A stretch of 64,000 nt of DNA from Antedon mediterranea (lineage: Eukaryota > Animalia > Echinodermata). The translations under genes were made by a program, and so were the position numbers. Positions within the stretch are counted from its first letter, which is position 1; each line of letters opens with the position of its first letter. The DNA lies in contig NC_092677.1 in NCBI RefSeq assembly GCF_964355755.1, positions 19,180,101 through 19,244,100 of the forward strand, in the 5' to 3' direction. The notes under the pieces are model-generated. The model had not been told where the DNA came from and did not search any database. It saw only the letters and a list, made by a program, of their open reading frames with translations. Below, in pieces: positions 1-14,194 of the stretch.

Positions 1-3000
1 TCTGCAGTTGTTTTCTGGTATTTGTCTGCCTCCTTTGCTTTAACTTCTTCTTTTACTCTGCATGAACAACAACAATACAATTAGTGGGCCTATGAAAAAT
101 TTCATGACTGCAATGGGTGCTTCTACATAGTAAACAAAACAAGATATAAGAGTATTGCTTACTCTATTGTTTCACCAGCAAAATCAAACAGTTTTGTGAC
201 AGTAACCACACTTTCTGCTTTGTATTTTGGAACATCCTTTAAGGTAGTGCTAGATGTTGCAATGACACTTTCCTTCTGCAAAATAATAATAATAATATCC
301 TGGATTTATATAGCGCCTAATGTTGTGAAACCTCTACGCACTGTACTATAAGCTACTGTAATACCATAAAAGGGATTCCAACCATGGCAAAACTCAACTC
401 AAGTCAAACTGAAGTAAGGGGATACGCCTTCGTCGTCGCTAACCAGGGATCAGTCTAATTGAACCCCGGTCAGCACCAGTTATGTCTCGGTCATCCTGTA
501 CTCGGGCGCCTCCTGCCCTACTTAAATTAGATCGAAAACAATCTAGGTGGCATGGTAAAGGAGAAAAAAGGGGATTGATATGTGTTATTAAACAAGTATG
601 TCTTAAAAAGCCTCTTAAAAAGAGCCACCGACTGTGCATCTTTAATGTAAACAAAATATAGATGACTACAACAAAACTATAATCATGTAATTTTACTATG
701 GAAATAGCAAACACAAAATGTAGCTTTTTGTTAGTTCATATTTGTATGTTTACAGTATTTAGTACTGAGAGTGACTCTCTTACTTTCTTATCAGATGGCT
801 GTCCTACATCTTTCAAAAAGCTATTCCACAGGTCATCAGCCTTTTCTTTTTTTTTTTCATCAGTTTTTTTGTCCATGTTGTCAACTCTTCCCAACTCTAA
901 ATCATCTTTCTGTTTTATTTTCACATCCAATATCTCTTCTTCCTCACTATTCTCTGAATCATCATCTACATTTATTCCCTTTTTTCTGTAATAATAAAAC
1001 CATCATAAATATATATTGTTAAAAATTCATGAAGATAATTCTTAAAGTAGACAAATTAAAGAATAGAATGATTCCATAAAAGTTGATGTGTATACACTAG
1101 AGCCACACACATGTATGGATAAATGTATTTACAAACCTAAAGGAAATGGAAGATTTGTTGCTGTTCTTTTTTTTCCTTTTTCTCACCAGTGCAATATTTT
1201 CTGTATCTGCATCTGCAACACCTTTAATACTTGAATATTTCCCATCATTATCATCACTTTGATCATCTGCAATAATAAAAATTTCAGATCATAACATTTT
1301 GCCATTTACAGCTTTTTAAAGTTCTGTTCTTTTGTTGTTAATAACAAACCCAATGATAATCTTGAAATAAGATAAAAACCTTAATAGATCCTGTTATCAA
1401 AATCAGGTTTGACTTAACCTTTTTACTGCATATATACCTGGTACATATATAACCGGTGGGTATAACAAATGTTGAACTTCATATACCTGGTACTACCGGG
1501 TTTAGGACAAACAATTTCTTTTTTAAATGATTGTCTCCACTGTACACCAAGTTTTTTTTTTCAATTTCCAACTGTATGTGCCATATTAAATTGTATAAAG
1601 TTTTATTTATCGATTTTTTTTCACAACATTTATTTATGTATTTTTTTTATAAAAAGCTGAAAATAATTAAAACTTTCAGTAGTTTTGTTAATTTTTTCGT
1701 GTCTTCATCATCACACAATGTGTTTAAAAAACATATTCCATACGAATTTTGTGGTAAAAAATGTCTTTTTCATAATGAGGACACATTGATCACAAATTAT
1801 ACATTCCAAGACCTGTTTTAGTATTTTTTTAAACTGATTTCAAAATCAGTGACAATTTTTCTTTAAAATCAGAGGCAATCTAACAACAGGACGCTGAGCT
1901 CTACTATCAAAGGTATGCCACAAAAAGACAGTCATGGTGCATTTTTGTTCCCTAAAAGGTCCGTCAATGAAAAATGCAGGGGTGCATCATGTTGTACATA
2001 AGGTATGATGCACATCTGACAAGTGTGGGGGTTGTATAGTGCATCATAAAATTGCATTATATTTCTTTGACATTCACTTACAATCTATCTTGATTTTTAA
2101 AAAGCCCATTACTAATACTACCAAGGGTAGCAGTGGGCTTGATTTTGAGAAGGGCTTCTTTTGCGAACCCAATAGGCCTAGGGTTTCTTTTCAAGTTTTT
2201 ACGGTTAACTACATAACCTAAAAAATTAATTAGTATATTTTATACATTTTAGTGTGCTCTCATTTATAATATATGTGATAACAGGATTAATGTGTAGGGA
2301 TGTGCATCTGGTTCCAGATACTAATCTACGATTAATAGGAGCAAGTTCCTTGTGCAAATTGAAATTGCGCAAGGATTTCCTAGCACAATTCAGGCGTGTA
2401 CGTAAGAAAATGTGGGCAGACAAAATAGGGCAGTTTAGGAGTCTGTTAGGTGAGTGATCGCACTCGCTCACCTTAAAAGGTCTGTGTTGTTAGTGCTGAA
2501 TTATTTATTATTATCTATTTTGTGTCATATAGTATATGCACCTTGAATTTATTTTATGGTGAACAATTAAAAATCTAATTCATTTGCGTTGGCCCGATTG
2601 TCTTTCTCTACTTTTAGAATAGGTTGTCTAAACATGTTGGGCCCGAACATCCACACAGTTATTTACCCGTCGTCTTGAAATGGGTCCACTTATCCGTGTG
2701 GTACTGATCGTCTGACAATCTATATAATTTTATTCTCTAGGAGGCCTAGTGGTAAATGTAATATTTATTTCCAGAAGCAAATTAAAGAAAAACTAGACAT
2801 GAAACTTGTCACTTTGACGAGTTAGTTATCCGCACGACAGACGCCACGTGCACGTCATACGTTAAAAACTATAATAAGAGGTGGTCCTCTATTTTCGCCT
2901 TGTATTATAATTATACAGTATACAGTACTGTGTATACAAGGAGACATTAATTCTACATGATACAGGGGGCGGCAAACAACAATTTGCTCACATCAGAGAC

Positions 3001-4362
3001 TATGCTGGTGTACATTGTACTACTGTATATTATAATATGACATATTAACTGAATTATGGGACCTGCCTTTAATTCAAATATTTAACATGATGACGTCATA
3101 AAAAAAAAAACACAAAGATAGCAATTTCTGAAGAAAATTATCTCAGCAACAACATATTAACGTGTAGAAGAAATTTGAATACGCGAAATGTTGGTGCGCG
3201 CACATTTAATTGTGATGAACTTTGACGCAGACGATGAAAATTTGACCTTTTTAATTAAACTTGTCATATGATAATGTCACAACATCCGATTGGCGAAAAG
3301 TTCACATGATTTCGTATCTACAATCCAATAGCTTCCAGAAAACGTTTTAATCGTGATTATCACATTTCATTCTTACGAGCTATTACAGATTAAAATTTAC
3401 TGTAAAGATGAAATTAATGACCCACGTAATTAAAATTTTTAGGCATGATGACGTTATAAAAATTAAAATATTTTTATCTCATGCTAAAGAAAGTTGATTG
3501 ACCTAGACAATATATAAATGTAGGAGAAAAAGGAATACAGATAAGCGTTATGCGCTCCATTGAATGTGATGAGCAATAACGAAAGAGACAAAAATCCTAT
3601 ATTTTACATTCGTGTGGCCATACGATGACGTCACAATGTTTTTTTAGCCTTATCGATGCATGATCCGATATCTTCTAGATTTTGTAATAAAAATAAACGG
3701 TTCACGGTTTACTTTAGAAATTATGACTGTTAAAAAAGACATTATTTTGACGATTTTTTAAGCTTTTTCATAAAAAACGCGCACGAATTGTCTAATTCAA
3801 CGTGTTCGTATGGCGTTCTTTAAACTGGAAAAGGTCTAAATTGTTTTCAAAATTACTAGGAAAGGCTTGAAAAATATAATTCAAGAGAAAAAAATATGTT
3901 TTTATCCGCTCTACCAAGCGGATAATTAATAAATTAGTTAAAATATTGTAATTGTTATAATGTTAAACTTTTCATTCGTCACTATGTCAGTCAGCTTCAA
4001 CTCACAAAACATCACTTATTTGTCAAAAAAGAGGGCTGTATTCAGTCTCATGCTTTCACAGCTGGGTCAGGCCGATTGTTCGCGGTCCCGCGTTAATCGA
4101 TCGTCTGTTTCCCGCCGGTTCACTAAGCTAGGCCTAGTTTAGGACCTACCCAACTAGCCTAGTAGTAGTATGCCACCGGCACGGCCATCTCTTCTCTAGT
4201 TAGCCCTAACTAGCCTAGGCCTAGTCCTAGCTAGCTAGGCCTAGTAGGCTAGTAGGCCCTCGTCAGGCCTATTTAAGATTTATATATATATATTATTATT
4301 ATACCTGAAGGTATATAATCATCATCCTCTCCAGAATCGTAGTTACTTTCTGAATCTGACAT
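1..4362 (-). CDS. CFDP1: Craniofacial development protein 1 (BCNT/Swc5 family), 5' part; exons 4362-4305, 1266-1137, 985-784, 275-163, 57-<1
   Basis: GT-AG bounded, phase-compatible exons give MSDSESNYDSGEDDDYIPS..., ADDLWNSFLKDV and VTKLFDFAGETIEV, matching recalled CFDP1 motifs (DEDYVP, LWASFL, KVFDFAGE). Gene runs off the left edge. Confidence 0.93.
2822..3927. mobile_element. Probable Helentron-type non-autonomous element in CFDP1 intron 1
   Basis: TTATCCGC near 2826 and terminal hairpin ATCCGCTCTACCAAGCGGATAA near 3904-3925; internally repeated blocks. Boundaries approximate. Confidence 0.35.
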
Positions 4363-5034
4363 TATCCTTTCTTAAATTATATGATTATGATCGAAATTTC
4401 TCCTGGCTATGTGTTTGTGTCACGTCTAGCTCTCCAATTATAGAGGGCTATAAAAAATCTACGTGCGGTAGGGCGCCGCCATAAGTCAGGATGTATTTAA
4501 AAGGAATTGAATGTGTGGAGAATGAAACAATTTAAAAGTTAAACTTTATACGTAAAACATCACTTTTTCATTGTTTCATTAGTTATATTCACATCACATT
4601 TATATTTGGTTTTACACGTAATATTTTTAAGAATTTCATTTTCTGACAATGTGGTTGAAAAAATAGCCAATTCTATTAGCGGCCCTAAACGATAATGTTA
4701 ACTGTTGGGCATACAGGAATGAGACAAATCCTCAGTTGAACAAGTTTCAGGGGCGACAAAGCAAACATCCCGCCAAATTGTCTCGATTTACACTGTGCAG
4801 TGAAAGTAATTTTTAATTATTAGTTCAACCACGCCTCTACGATATGTGGCACCCATCCTCCCAATGGCCAACCATCCTTTTTGGGTCCTAGAGGTTTTCC
4901 CTTAATATTATTTCCCCTTTTTATTTAATAACGATAAATGGATATAATTATTTTGTCTTTTTTGTTGTTTTTGTGATGGAAAAAATATTGAGTGAACATT
5001 GGCACTGAGCTTAAATGTTCCCCGTCCCCTTAAT

Positions 5035-5470
5035 ATACTACCGGATAATCCGTATAGAATAATGTAGGCCTACAGTACTATATCTATTTGATTATGCTAC
5101 CTAATGTGCTATCCATTTGAAATAATGTGCTATCCGTTTGAAGGAATGTGCTACCCGATAATCCGTATATAATAATGTACAGTACTATATCCATTTGATT
5201 GTGCTACCCAATGTGCTATCCATTTGAAAGCCTTGTGCTATCCATTTGAAAAAAAATGTGCTACCCGGTAATCCGTATAGAATCATGGAGGAAATATACA
5301 GATATATACTGTTATAATATACTGTTATATTTCCTCCATGATGGAATAATGTACAGTACAATATCCATTTTATTGTTCTACGTATTGTGCTATCCATTTG
5401 AAATAATGTTATCTGTTTGAAACAATTCGGGTTTTTCGTTTTAATTATGTTTTGCTATCCATTTTAAACG
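5035..5470. repeat. Degenerate tandem repeat with core TGTGCTATCCATTTGAA
   Basis: Many imperfect copies of atgtgctatccatttgaa plus repeated ccgtata/aataatgtacagtac blocks. Confidence 0.75.
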
Positions 5471-6286
5471 AATTTTAAATGCTAAACAAGATACATAGGC
5501 TATTGATATTTTTATATCCATTCAAATAATTTTTTAAACACAATCGATTTACTAAAAATTTTTTTGTTTATATTAATCCGGCAGTCAATGGATTTAACCT
5601 TTCAATGTTTTCTATAGTTTTATTTTTTATGGATTTTGATCATCAGAATGAAGAATTGTTTACTGGACGGCTGTCAGCATTGAGTAATTGGCCGCTTGGA
5701 TTCTAAAATAACTTATATGGATTTGCCCGAATTAACCCTCTAATTACCCTTTTGGGATCTCTATTTGTTGTGCTACATAAGGCCCTGTATTAGAAATTAA
5801 TATTATATGGGGTAAATAGTTAATTGATGAACTATGGAATAAAACTAAAAGTGCACCCTTGATTTTTAAAGAACATTAGGTTTTCCAAAATAAAGCCAAG
5901 GGCCGATCCTTCATGGACCTTTCGGGGTTCTCTGTGTGGCTGTGTGGTGTGATGTGTGGCTACAAGAGACCCTATATTGGAAATAATGTGAGGTTAAAAT
6001 GTGGTCCCATAATGGAAATATAAGGGGCGTATTCTCAAATAATTAGGGGTACTAAAAACATAATGAACGGACACTTTATGTGTTTTAATTTACTCAATGT
6101 TGGTAACATTTGTCTCGACCCGACTCAAACAAGATAATACAATTTTTATGATTATCAAAAAAATATATTATGCGAATTGAAGCGTAAACTATCCATTAAA
6201 AATACGCTTAGTAACCGAATTTATTTATCCACATTTTGTTTTCAGAGCTACACTTTGGTAAAACTGTTCCCGAGTCATCTATCGAA

Positions 6287-8115
6287 ATGAAGATCAGAAT
6301 AACGTTTACGTTTTTGATTATTTTTACGCTTGTTACTTCTCTCGTATCAAGCAGCACAAACGGTGAGTACGTTACGTATAAAGAAATGAAATTACGATAC
6401 AGAAGCTTTATTTGTTGTTGAATTCCTGAGCCATGTAGTTCTCTTATAGACACACCTCATAGTCATTAAGGTATAGAACCAAGTTTTTCTTTCTCGGAAC
6501 CGGATTTCTTTTATAATGACTACATCTCGGAAATCTATAGGCCCAATTCCTTCATTTAGCATTCGAATAAGGCACTTTAAATCTCCCACGAACGTTTATT
6601 TCAAGCAACCAATATTTTATTAAAGAAAAAACAACAAATAAACTGTTTAAATCATATCATAGGTGCTGTTTGTCCGGATCTGTGGCATCCTTTTGGTCGC
6701 AAATGCTACAGATTATTTGAGAACCATCTCAACTGGTTTGATTTTCTTGAAGTATGTAAATGCTATAAGGGAAGTTTAGCGACTGTGAATACAGAAGCAA
6801 AACAGAGGTTTATATCTGAAATGTGTAGCGGCAGCTGCAATGTCTGGATTGGGTTTAACGACATAGACGTTGAAGGCGTTTGGCAGTGGGCATCTGGAGC
6901 GGATGATAACAATTGTATTAGTACGTAGTGTTACAACCGTTAATGTAGAAAACGCCAGCTAACAACCGTTAATGTAGAACAATTCACCGCTTATGTAGTA
7001 AAACCTCCAGCTAATGTAGAAACACCAACAGCTTATGTAGTAAATAAAAATCAACACCAGCTAATGTAGAATGGTCAACAGCTAATGTAGTAACGAAAAT
7101 TGCCTCCCAGCTCATGTAGTTACTATTGCCAGCTAATGTAGAAAATGTTATATATTTTACAAAAATGTCTAAATCATGTGCAAATGTATCGATCTTTACT
7201 TAGCTATCAGTCTTTCCACCTCTCGTAAGCAACCAACTTTCTAAAACGACCACACATCGTAAGCAACCATCTCTGTTAAGGGACCGCTTCTCATAATCGA
7301 CCACCTCTTGTAAGGGATCACCTCCTGTCATAAGGGCCCGCTTCTAATAATCGACCACTCCAATTAATTTATTGTTTTCATGATCTTATTTATTCAGTGT
7401 GGCACCCCATAATGCCAAATAACATGGATATGTTCGTTAGTGAACAGTATAAGAACAACGCAGATTGTGTCATACAGCGCGCATCATGGTGGGATCGTCA
7501 CTGTTTTTATGGATCTTACAACTTTATTTGCGAGAAAGGTAGAGAAATGATTAATTTAATTAGTTTCTATTTTTGTTTAAAACCCCTAAAAGAAATGCTG
7601 TTGAATTTTACATTTAAATACGATGAAGCATTTTCTATAAAAATACAGGGGATGGGGGTGTTGGAGAAAAATGGTCAAACAAAAACCAAAAAAGGTTAGA
7701 AGAATCTTTTGAAATTCAGTTCTTTGGTTGTGGAAATCGTTGTTCACCCGACCTTATGTATGGAAGCATGTCTTTTGTTACATATTTTATTTTAATAGGC
7801 CTGTATACTTTTTTGTTCCCATTATTTTAAATATATTCAGAGAGACATATTAACACATCGAAACAAATCTATGGACGCAACGGTAGCCCAGCCTGCTTGA
7901 AGGAAAGTGAATTAGCTGACCTGACACTGAGAAGTTCGACGACTGTTCGTAGTCGGGTTGATTGCTTTCGTCTTTGCATTTCAATCGAACATTGCACTGT
8001 GTTTCAGGTTTGGAGTACATCGACAAACACACTGACATGTGACATCCTACGGAGTGAAGGAGACCATGCGCAGTATGAATCTCACGATGGTTGTCATATG
8101 TTTATCATAATATAG
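6287..8115 (+). CDS. Secreted C-type lectin domain protein with C-terminal PAN/apple-like domain; exons 6287-6362, 6663-6920, 7398-7538, 7841-8115
   Basis: Signal-like MKIRITFTFLIIFTLVTSLVSS; CTLD motifs CPDLW..FGRKCY, VWIGFND...EGVWQW, DCV...WWDRHC...FICEK; last exon SRVDCFRLCISIEHCTVF...TCDI. All junctions GT-AG and phase 1. Confidence 0.85.
6928..7360 (+). repeat. Dispersed repeat with internal CAGCTAATGTAG units in lectin intron 2
   Basis: An inverted homologue is present at about 53035-53757 (shared aaatcatgtgcaaatg, gaccacctct, gctaatgtagaa motifs). Confidence 0.7.
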
Positions 8116-8313
8116 TACATTTTAAAATATAAAATATGATAACTATATACAGGCCTATAAGTTCGAATTATTAGGGTTCTTAATGTGTTTTCGTAAATGG
8201 ATTCGGTGTCTGAATTAGAATACAGTATCAAACAGGAATATCCTCTTGAACTTAACCAGACGAATTATACTTGGAAAACATTGAATAAAAATGGAAAAGA
8301 TATAAATGTTTAA

Positions 8314-8661
8314 AGATGTATTGTCCCCCAAAAACATGAAAAATGGAGATTAATTAAATCAGACTTTGAATGTCTTATTTTGTACGGTAATTTTAATAAA
8401 GTTAATCACTTCCGTAGAAAAAAAATAAAAAAAATAATGTTTTCACTTATAAAATGACAAAATAAATGGTTAAATTTCACCAAAAACCATTGGCTGGCAG
8501 CCAATTTGACCATTTTTTGCTTGAAATTGCAGTTTTTCGGGTAAATACATTTTTTTTCGATCCAATTTTTGGTCAAAGTGGATAATTATTATGTGACATT
8601 AAAATGGCATATTCAACAACAAAAATTTTCTTTTAAATTTTTTTCAGGAGACAATACATCT
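8314..8661. mobile_element. Kolobok-like MITE
   Basis: TIR AGATGTATTGTC...GACAATACATCT flanked by TTAA on both sides; fragments of the same family near 10440-10545, 52900-53030 and 55020-55093. Confidence 0.75.
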
Positions 8662-9739
8662 TTAACCAATAATAATAGTCCGGTCCCTAAGGGGAAATGA
8701 TATTACCATAGTGGATACAAGTGTGCCCTTTGGCATGTTGATAGAACATGATATGGAGATGCCAAAACAAAGTTACTGGAAATATGATTTGACCTCTGAC
8801 CTCAATTTTTATATTTCTATCTTAAACAGCCATATCTCGGCAACGGGTTTGACAATTGAAATGATATTGGTGTCAAATAGATCAGAGGGTACATATTTAT
8901 ATTCGCTCTAATAGAACTTTTTTTTTTAAAACGACCGGAAATGTAATTTCTGAATGTTTTGACCTTTGACCTCGGCTTACTGTATCTCAATAACTACTGG
9001 TCAAAATTTCTTGAAATTTGTTTAAAATTGTTAAGAGCATACATATTTATATATACTCTAATTAAACATGTTCTTCCAAATTCACTAGAAATGTCATTTA
9101 CTGACCTTTGACCTTTAATGTTTGAATATGCCTGTATCTCTGTAACCAAATGTCATAAAATTGTTCAGAATGTAAACATTTATATAAGCTCTAATAGAAG
9201 ATGTTATCATTTTTTTACTGGAAATGCCAGTTATCACAGTTTGAGGTATGACCAGGATATATTGTTAAGCATGACTGTATCATACTTACATAATAATATA
9301 CCTAAAATATAGATTTAATGGACCAGAACTACATTCAATATCCTATTTAGTTTACCTTTTACAATTTTCTTTAAACTTAAATTTTCATTTCAATATATAA
9401 TTCCATCGCATGGTAGGCCTACACTGTAAGAGCAGTTAACTTAATATCAACATAAAATTAGAAAGAAAGAAAATCAAGATCTTAAAGAAAAGAAAAGAAG
9501 AATTAACCAATGCGTTTTGATACTCATAAAACATATGACCTAATTATCAATTCATTGCTTGAAGTAAATGAAATGTTGAAAACAGTGCGGAAAAAGCGAA
9601 GGAAAAAGTGAAAAATAAAAACATATGCTTAAAATATTAGAAATCTGAAAAGGATCAAAGACAAATTAATTACAAAGCTGATTTCTTTTCAAGAACATAC
9701 TGTAGTTGAATATAAAAGGAAAACAAACCAGTGAGCAAT

Positions 9740-10300
9740 CAAAAAAATTACCATCTATTCTTGTAGAGAAAGTCAAAGAGGCTTTAAGGCATATGCAAGA
9801 AAACAAAGCTCCAACACTGATGATGAAGATGAGGCAATAACACATCCAGCTCATAACACTATACAACAAAATATTTGAAACCAGAAGAAATGAAGAGAAG
9901 CAATGATATACTTTAATCCACAAAAACATGACAAAACTGACATCAACCATTACCGACCAAACATTATCATATCATGTACACAAATAATTTACAAAAGTAA
10001 TCAAAAACAAAATCAGAGACCGACTAGAAGTAAATAAACCAAGATATAAGGCTTCATACAGTACCATCTTATACAGTTTGTCAATCAACTAAAATAAAAA
10101 TGAAATGAATATCACCAAATCTTTGATTTAGAGATTATCAGAAAGAATTTGACTCAATAAAACAGGCATTACCATATTAGAGGGAATTATTATACCAATA
10201 CCAAACCAATATTGATTACGATCGCTCAAAGAGAGAAGTTAAGGAAGATTAGTAAGACAAGGAGACACTAAGATCTTCACTGCATTGGAAGAGGTGTTTA
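9740..10300 (+). mobile_element. Highly decayed LINE (RTE-like) RT fragment nested in the long-TIR element
   Basis: Broken reading LPSILVEKVKEALRHMQENKAP...NYRP...IFTKVIKNKIRDRLE resembles the N-terminal region of non-LTR RT. Confidence 0.5.
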
Positions 10301-10756
10301 ATCAAAGAGCTAATCTAAAAAATAGAGAAAATATCACTTATAAAAAGACAAAATAAACAATTAATTTAACCACAACCACGTTGACTTCCAGTCTATTTTT
10401 TGCTTTAAATTACAGTTTTTTGCGTATGCACTATATCATTTTTTTTAATCCAAATGTTGGTGAAATAGTGAATAACTATTATGTGACATTAAAATTGCAT
10501 ATTCAACAAAAATATTTACAAAAATGACTTTGTCAGGGGGACAATAAATATATATTCAATAGCATGTGATATTATTAGCAAATATTTAAAATGTAGTTTT
10601 ATTTTGAAACTTTCCCATTACAAACAATGCCAAAATTCTGATAACATTACAATACACCCATCCTCTGGGACTTATTTTCAAATGTAGCTAAAAACTTTCC
10701 AGTACAATTCCAGCCATTTTGATGTGTATAGATGCATGCAGTAACATTGGAAAAGC

Positions 10757-11007
10757 GAGAGAGGGGAGGTGGTTGGGGTGGATAGAGAGACACATATTTT
10801 TTACATGTTTGTCTACACTATCAAACTAGTTTAACAAAAAAGGTGTGATGTGCCCAAATATGGTAGTGATATGATGTCATCGTGTCCATATATGGGCACA
10901 TCAAATGTTGTTGTCACATAAAGTTTTATAGTGTAGACAGTGTTTAACATTTGTGTAAAATGTAAAAAATATGTCTCTCCATCCACCCAAACCACCTCCC
11001 CTCTCTC
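10757..11007. mobile_element. Palindromic MITE (nested inverted repeats)
   Basis: GAGAGGGGAGGTGGTT..GTGGAT mirrored by ATCCACCCAAACCACCTCCCCTCTC; inner arms GTCTACACTAT...ATAGTGTAGAC. Confidence 0.65.
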
Positions 11008-11971
11008 ACTCTCTTTTTATAGATTATTATTAGTTGCTAAATATATGCAAAACGATGGGTCAAAGCTCAAATTGACATTTCCAATTCAATTCAGACAAAA
11101 TATTGTGTTAGAACAAATATAAATGTGTGTATTCTGAACAATTTGACACCAAACTGAACTTTTTAGGACAAAATAGTTACCGAGATATCGAAATATTCAA
11201 ACATTAGAGGTCAAAAAAGCTTAATTTATGGTAATTTTTTGAAAAAAAGTTTCTATTAGACCAAATATTAGATTTATTTTCTTAACATTTTGAGCGCATT
11301 CTCAAATCTCTATTGCTTTATTGAGCGTTATTGAGATATTAGGCAATCAAGGTCAAAGGTCAAACTGAAAAATAAAGACTTTGCGGCCATTTTTGTTCAA
11401 TTTTTTTCCATTGCAGCAAATATAAATGTATATCTTCTAAGCATTTTGACAAAAAAATTAATGTAAAATGTCCATGCGTTGTCAAGTTATGGCAATTTTT
11501 AGTTATATAATAGAAAAATATAAAAATTGAGGTCAGAGGTCACAGAGGTCAAATCAGATTTCCAGTAACTTTGTTTTGGCATCTCCACATTATACTCTAC
11601 CAAACTGCTATATTGAATAATCTGTATCCAGTCTGGTAACATCCCATCCCTTTTTCTCCCCTTAGGGACTGGACTATAAAGACATAATTAGAACATTGGG
11701 TGCCGTTCATTGTGGGTTTGTTTATTAACTTGCTACTTGTCGTAGGCTAAAATAGTGGGGATTTGTTTGGAGTTCCTTGTTTAATTTTCCAATTCCATCG
11801 CTGTAACTGTCTATGACAATATTACCCCGTATCATGGCAAATTCCGTAATATAGGATATCATGTGAATCACATATGAAGCATGTATCATAGAATTTACCA
11901 ATGGTACTGGCTAATTGTATGCTTATGATGTAGTTTCAATCGTTAGTCATTATATTCCACTGCGGACATAG

Positions 11972-12242
11972 TACATCGCACCCCGCCCATCATACATCCC
12001 ACCCCGCCCATCATACATCACACCCGCCCATCATACATCACACCCCGCCCATCATACATCGCACCCCGCCCATCATACAACGCACCCCGCCCATCATCCA
12101 TCGCACCCGCCCATCATACATCGCACCCCGCCCATCATCCATCCCACCCCGCCCACCATACATTGCACCCCGCCCATCATACATCGCCCCCGCCCATCAT
12201 ACATCGCACCCCGCCCATCATACATCGCACCCCGCCCATCAT
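11972..12242. repeat. About 21-bp minisatellite (CATACATCGCACCCCGCCCAT), about 13 copies
   Basis: Directly visible tandem units. Confidence 0.95.
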
Positions 12243-12961
12243 CTAGTTCCGTTTAATCTGGTGGTACCTGTTGCGTATGTCACTTTCACTTCATATTACC
12301 CGACGTCAAGTATATTTAATAATTAATTAATAAGATAGAGTTCATAAATTATAAACCATTAGGAATTGTACGTGTTTTTGTAAAAACAGTTGTGTCTAAT
12401 AATTTGTATTTGTGTACGCATAGGCCTACGTCAATCATAAAAAATACATTTTTTATATTATAATTTGCATTCGAATCACGTATTTGTCAGTTATGGGTAT
12501 ATAAAATGTGTTATGAATTATTCAATTTTCGTAACTTTTGTCTCGACTTGAGTAAACAACAGAAATTTGGATACAAATAAAATATTAATTATGCAGTCTT
12601 CTTATAGAGTAAAAATATTTCCATTAAAAATACGCTTAAAAACTGGATTTATTTTCACAGTTCGTTTTCAAAACGATACATTGCCGTTATAGTCGGTAAA
12701 ACTGTTCCTGAATCATCAACATGCAAGATCATGATAATAACGTTTACGCCTATGACTATTTTTACGCTTGTTACTTCTCTTGTAGTTAACGCTCGGTGTT
12801 TGCATTGCAAACCCAAATTTCTTTTGTATTAATTACATCTCAGATATGTAGGTCCAATTCTTCCCTTACACCATCTAAATAATAAGTTATTATAGCGTTC
12901 CCATTGAACTGAGCTAGTGAGGGCGCTAGGCTGATCTCTATATCTAAACCACTAGTATATA

Positions 12962-13184
12962 CATAGTGGCCAAATCTGGCATAATTATGCCGTCTGGCAT
13001 AATTTTGACCCATCTGGCATTTATGCTAGGCATAATTTTAGGAAATCTGGCATAATCTGGCATAATTTGAAAAACGCAAACATACAACATATTCACCACG
13101 ATTTAGCATATTATCTGGCATAATTGCGAAAAAATCTGGCATAATTTGTACACAATCTAGCATAATTTGGCTGAAAACCCGAAG

Positions 13185-13218
<34 letters not shown>

Positions 13219-13376
13219 GCTTCCCACCTTTGTGGTACATAAAACATACACATAAACCGCCCTCTTATTCACTGTTTTGGTGCACTTTTAGCCTTAATTA
13301 ATTGTGTCTGGCATAATCTGGCATAATTTTGTGCTGCCACCTAGCATAATTTCATTTCGCTCGCTGGCCACACTGA
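12962..13376. mobile_element. MITE-like element with multiple CTGGCATAAT subterminal repeats
   Basis: More than 10 ggcataat/agcataat motifs; ends catagtggcc...ggccacactg. Confidence 0.5.
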
Positions 13377-13397
13377 GTATATATCAGTCTTAATCAT

Positions 13398-14194
13398 AGC
13401 CCCTTTCTCACAGAGCTGAGTGCCAGTGCCAGGAATATTGCGGGAATATACCATTACCATGCCGGTATGGTTTTCTGTGAGAACGGGTCGTCTTGGCATC
13501 ATGCCGGCATCGACATGACCTGCTTTAGACCTAGTAGTAATATTCTAGGGATATTCCCCGCAATGCCAGACGGGCATTCTGTGAGAACGTAACGCCGTTA
13601 TATTCCGGGGTTCCCTGTCGAGGCTTCAGACACCTTGCGCGGTCAAGTGTATCACTTTGGCGCCGATTCAATTCAATTAACAATAATAATGTCGAACTGG
13701 AGGGATAATGAGATAAGAGAGCTGCTTAAAATAAGGGGACAAGAAGAAATTTGTAGCATAATCTATAGCAGGCCTAGGCCATATAGGCCTAGCTCTTTGT
13801 TGGTGCCTAACTAGCCTGACCCTTCGTCGCCTTGTAAATTGTACAGCCTTCTAAGGTGTTTTACAGATTGCCGATGACGGCTAATTAATTGCTGTACCTG
13901 TATAATATATGCACAATATACTGTACATAGCATGTATTGCATATATAAATATGCTATAAAGGAAGATAATAATCTGTAATCTAACATTCGCCGACATATA
14001 TCCCTAGACAAAAATTTTGTCAGAGACTTTTTATTGGCCGAATATGCCCGACTCCTTTCTCACAGAAAGCCGGTATATACCGGTTATATTTCCGGCACGA
14101 TAGTCCGATGAGAATGGGTATATGCCGGTAACGATACCGGCACGACGCCAGCACTGTACCGGTATATTGCAGACACATCTGTGAGAAAGGGGCT
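13398..14194 (+). mobile_element. PIF/Harbinger-derived non-autonomous element, copy 1
   Basis: TIR AGCCCCTTTCTCACAG; internal remnant from 13689 MSNWRDNEIRELLKIRGQEEI resembles the Myb/SANT-like ORF start of Harbingers. Confidence 0.75.

Larger units (their letters stand above)
8676..11676. mobile_element. Long-TIR non-autonomous DNA transposon (Academ-like ends)
   Basis: Ends TAGTCCGGTCCCTAAGGGGA...TCCCCTTAGGGACTGGACTA, TAA on both flanks, several hundred bp of diverged inverted repeat. Confidence 0.75.
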
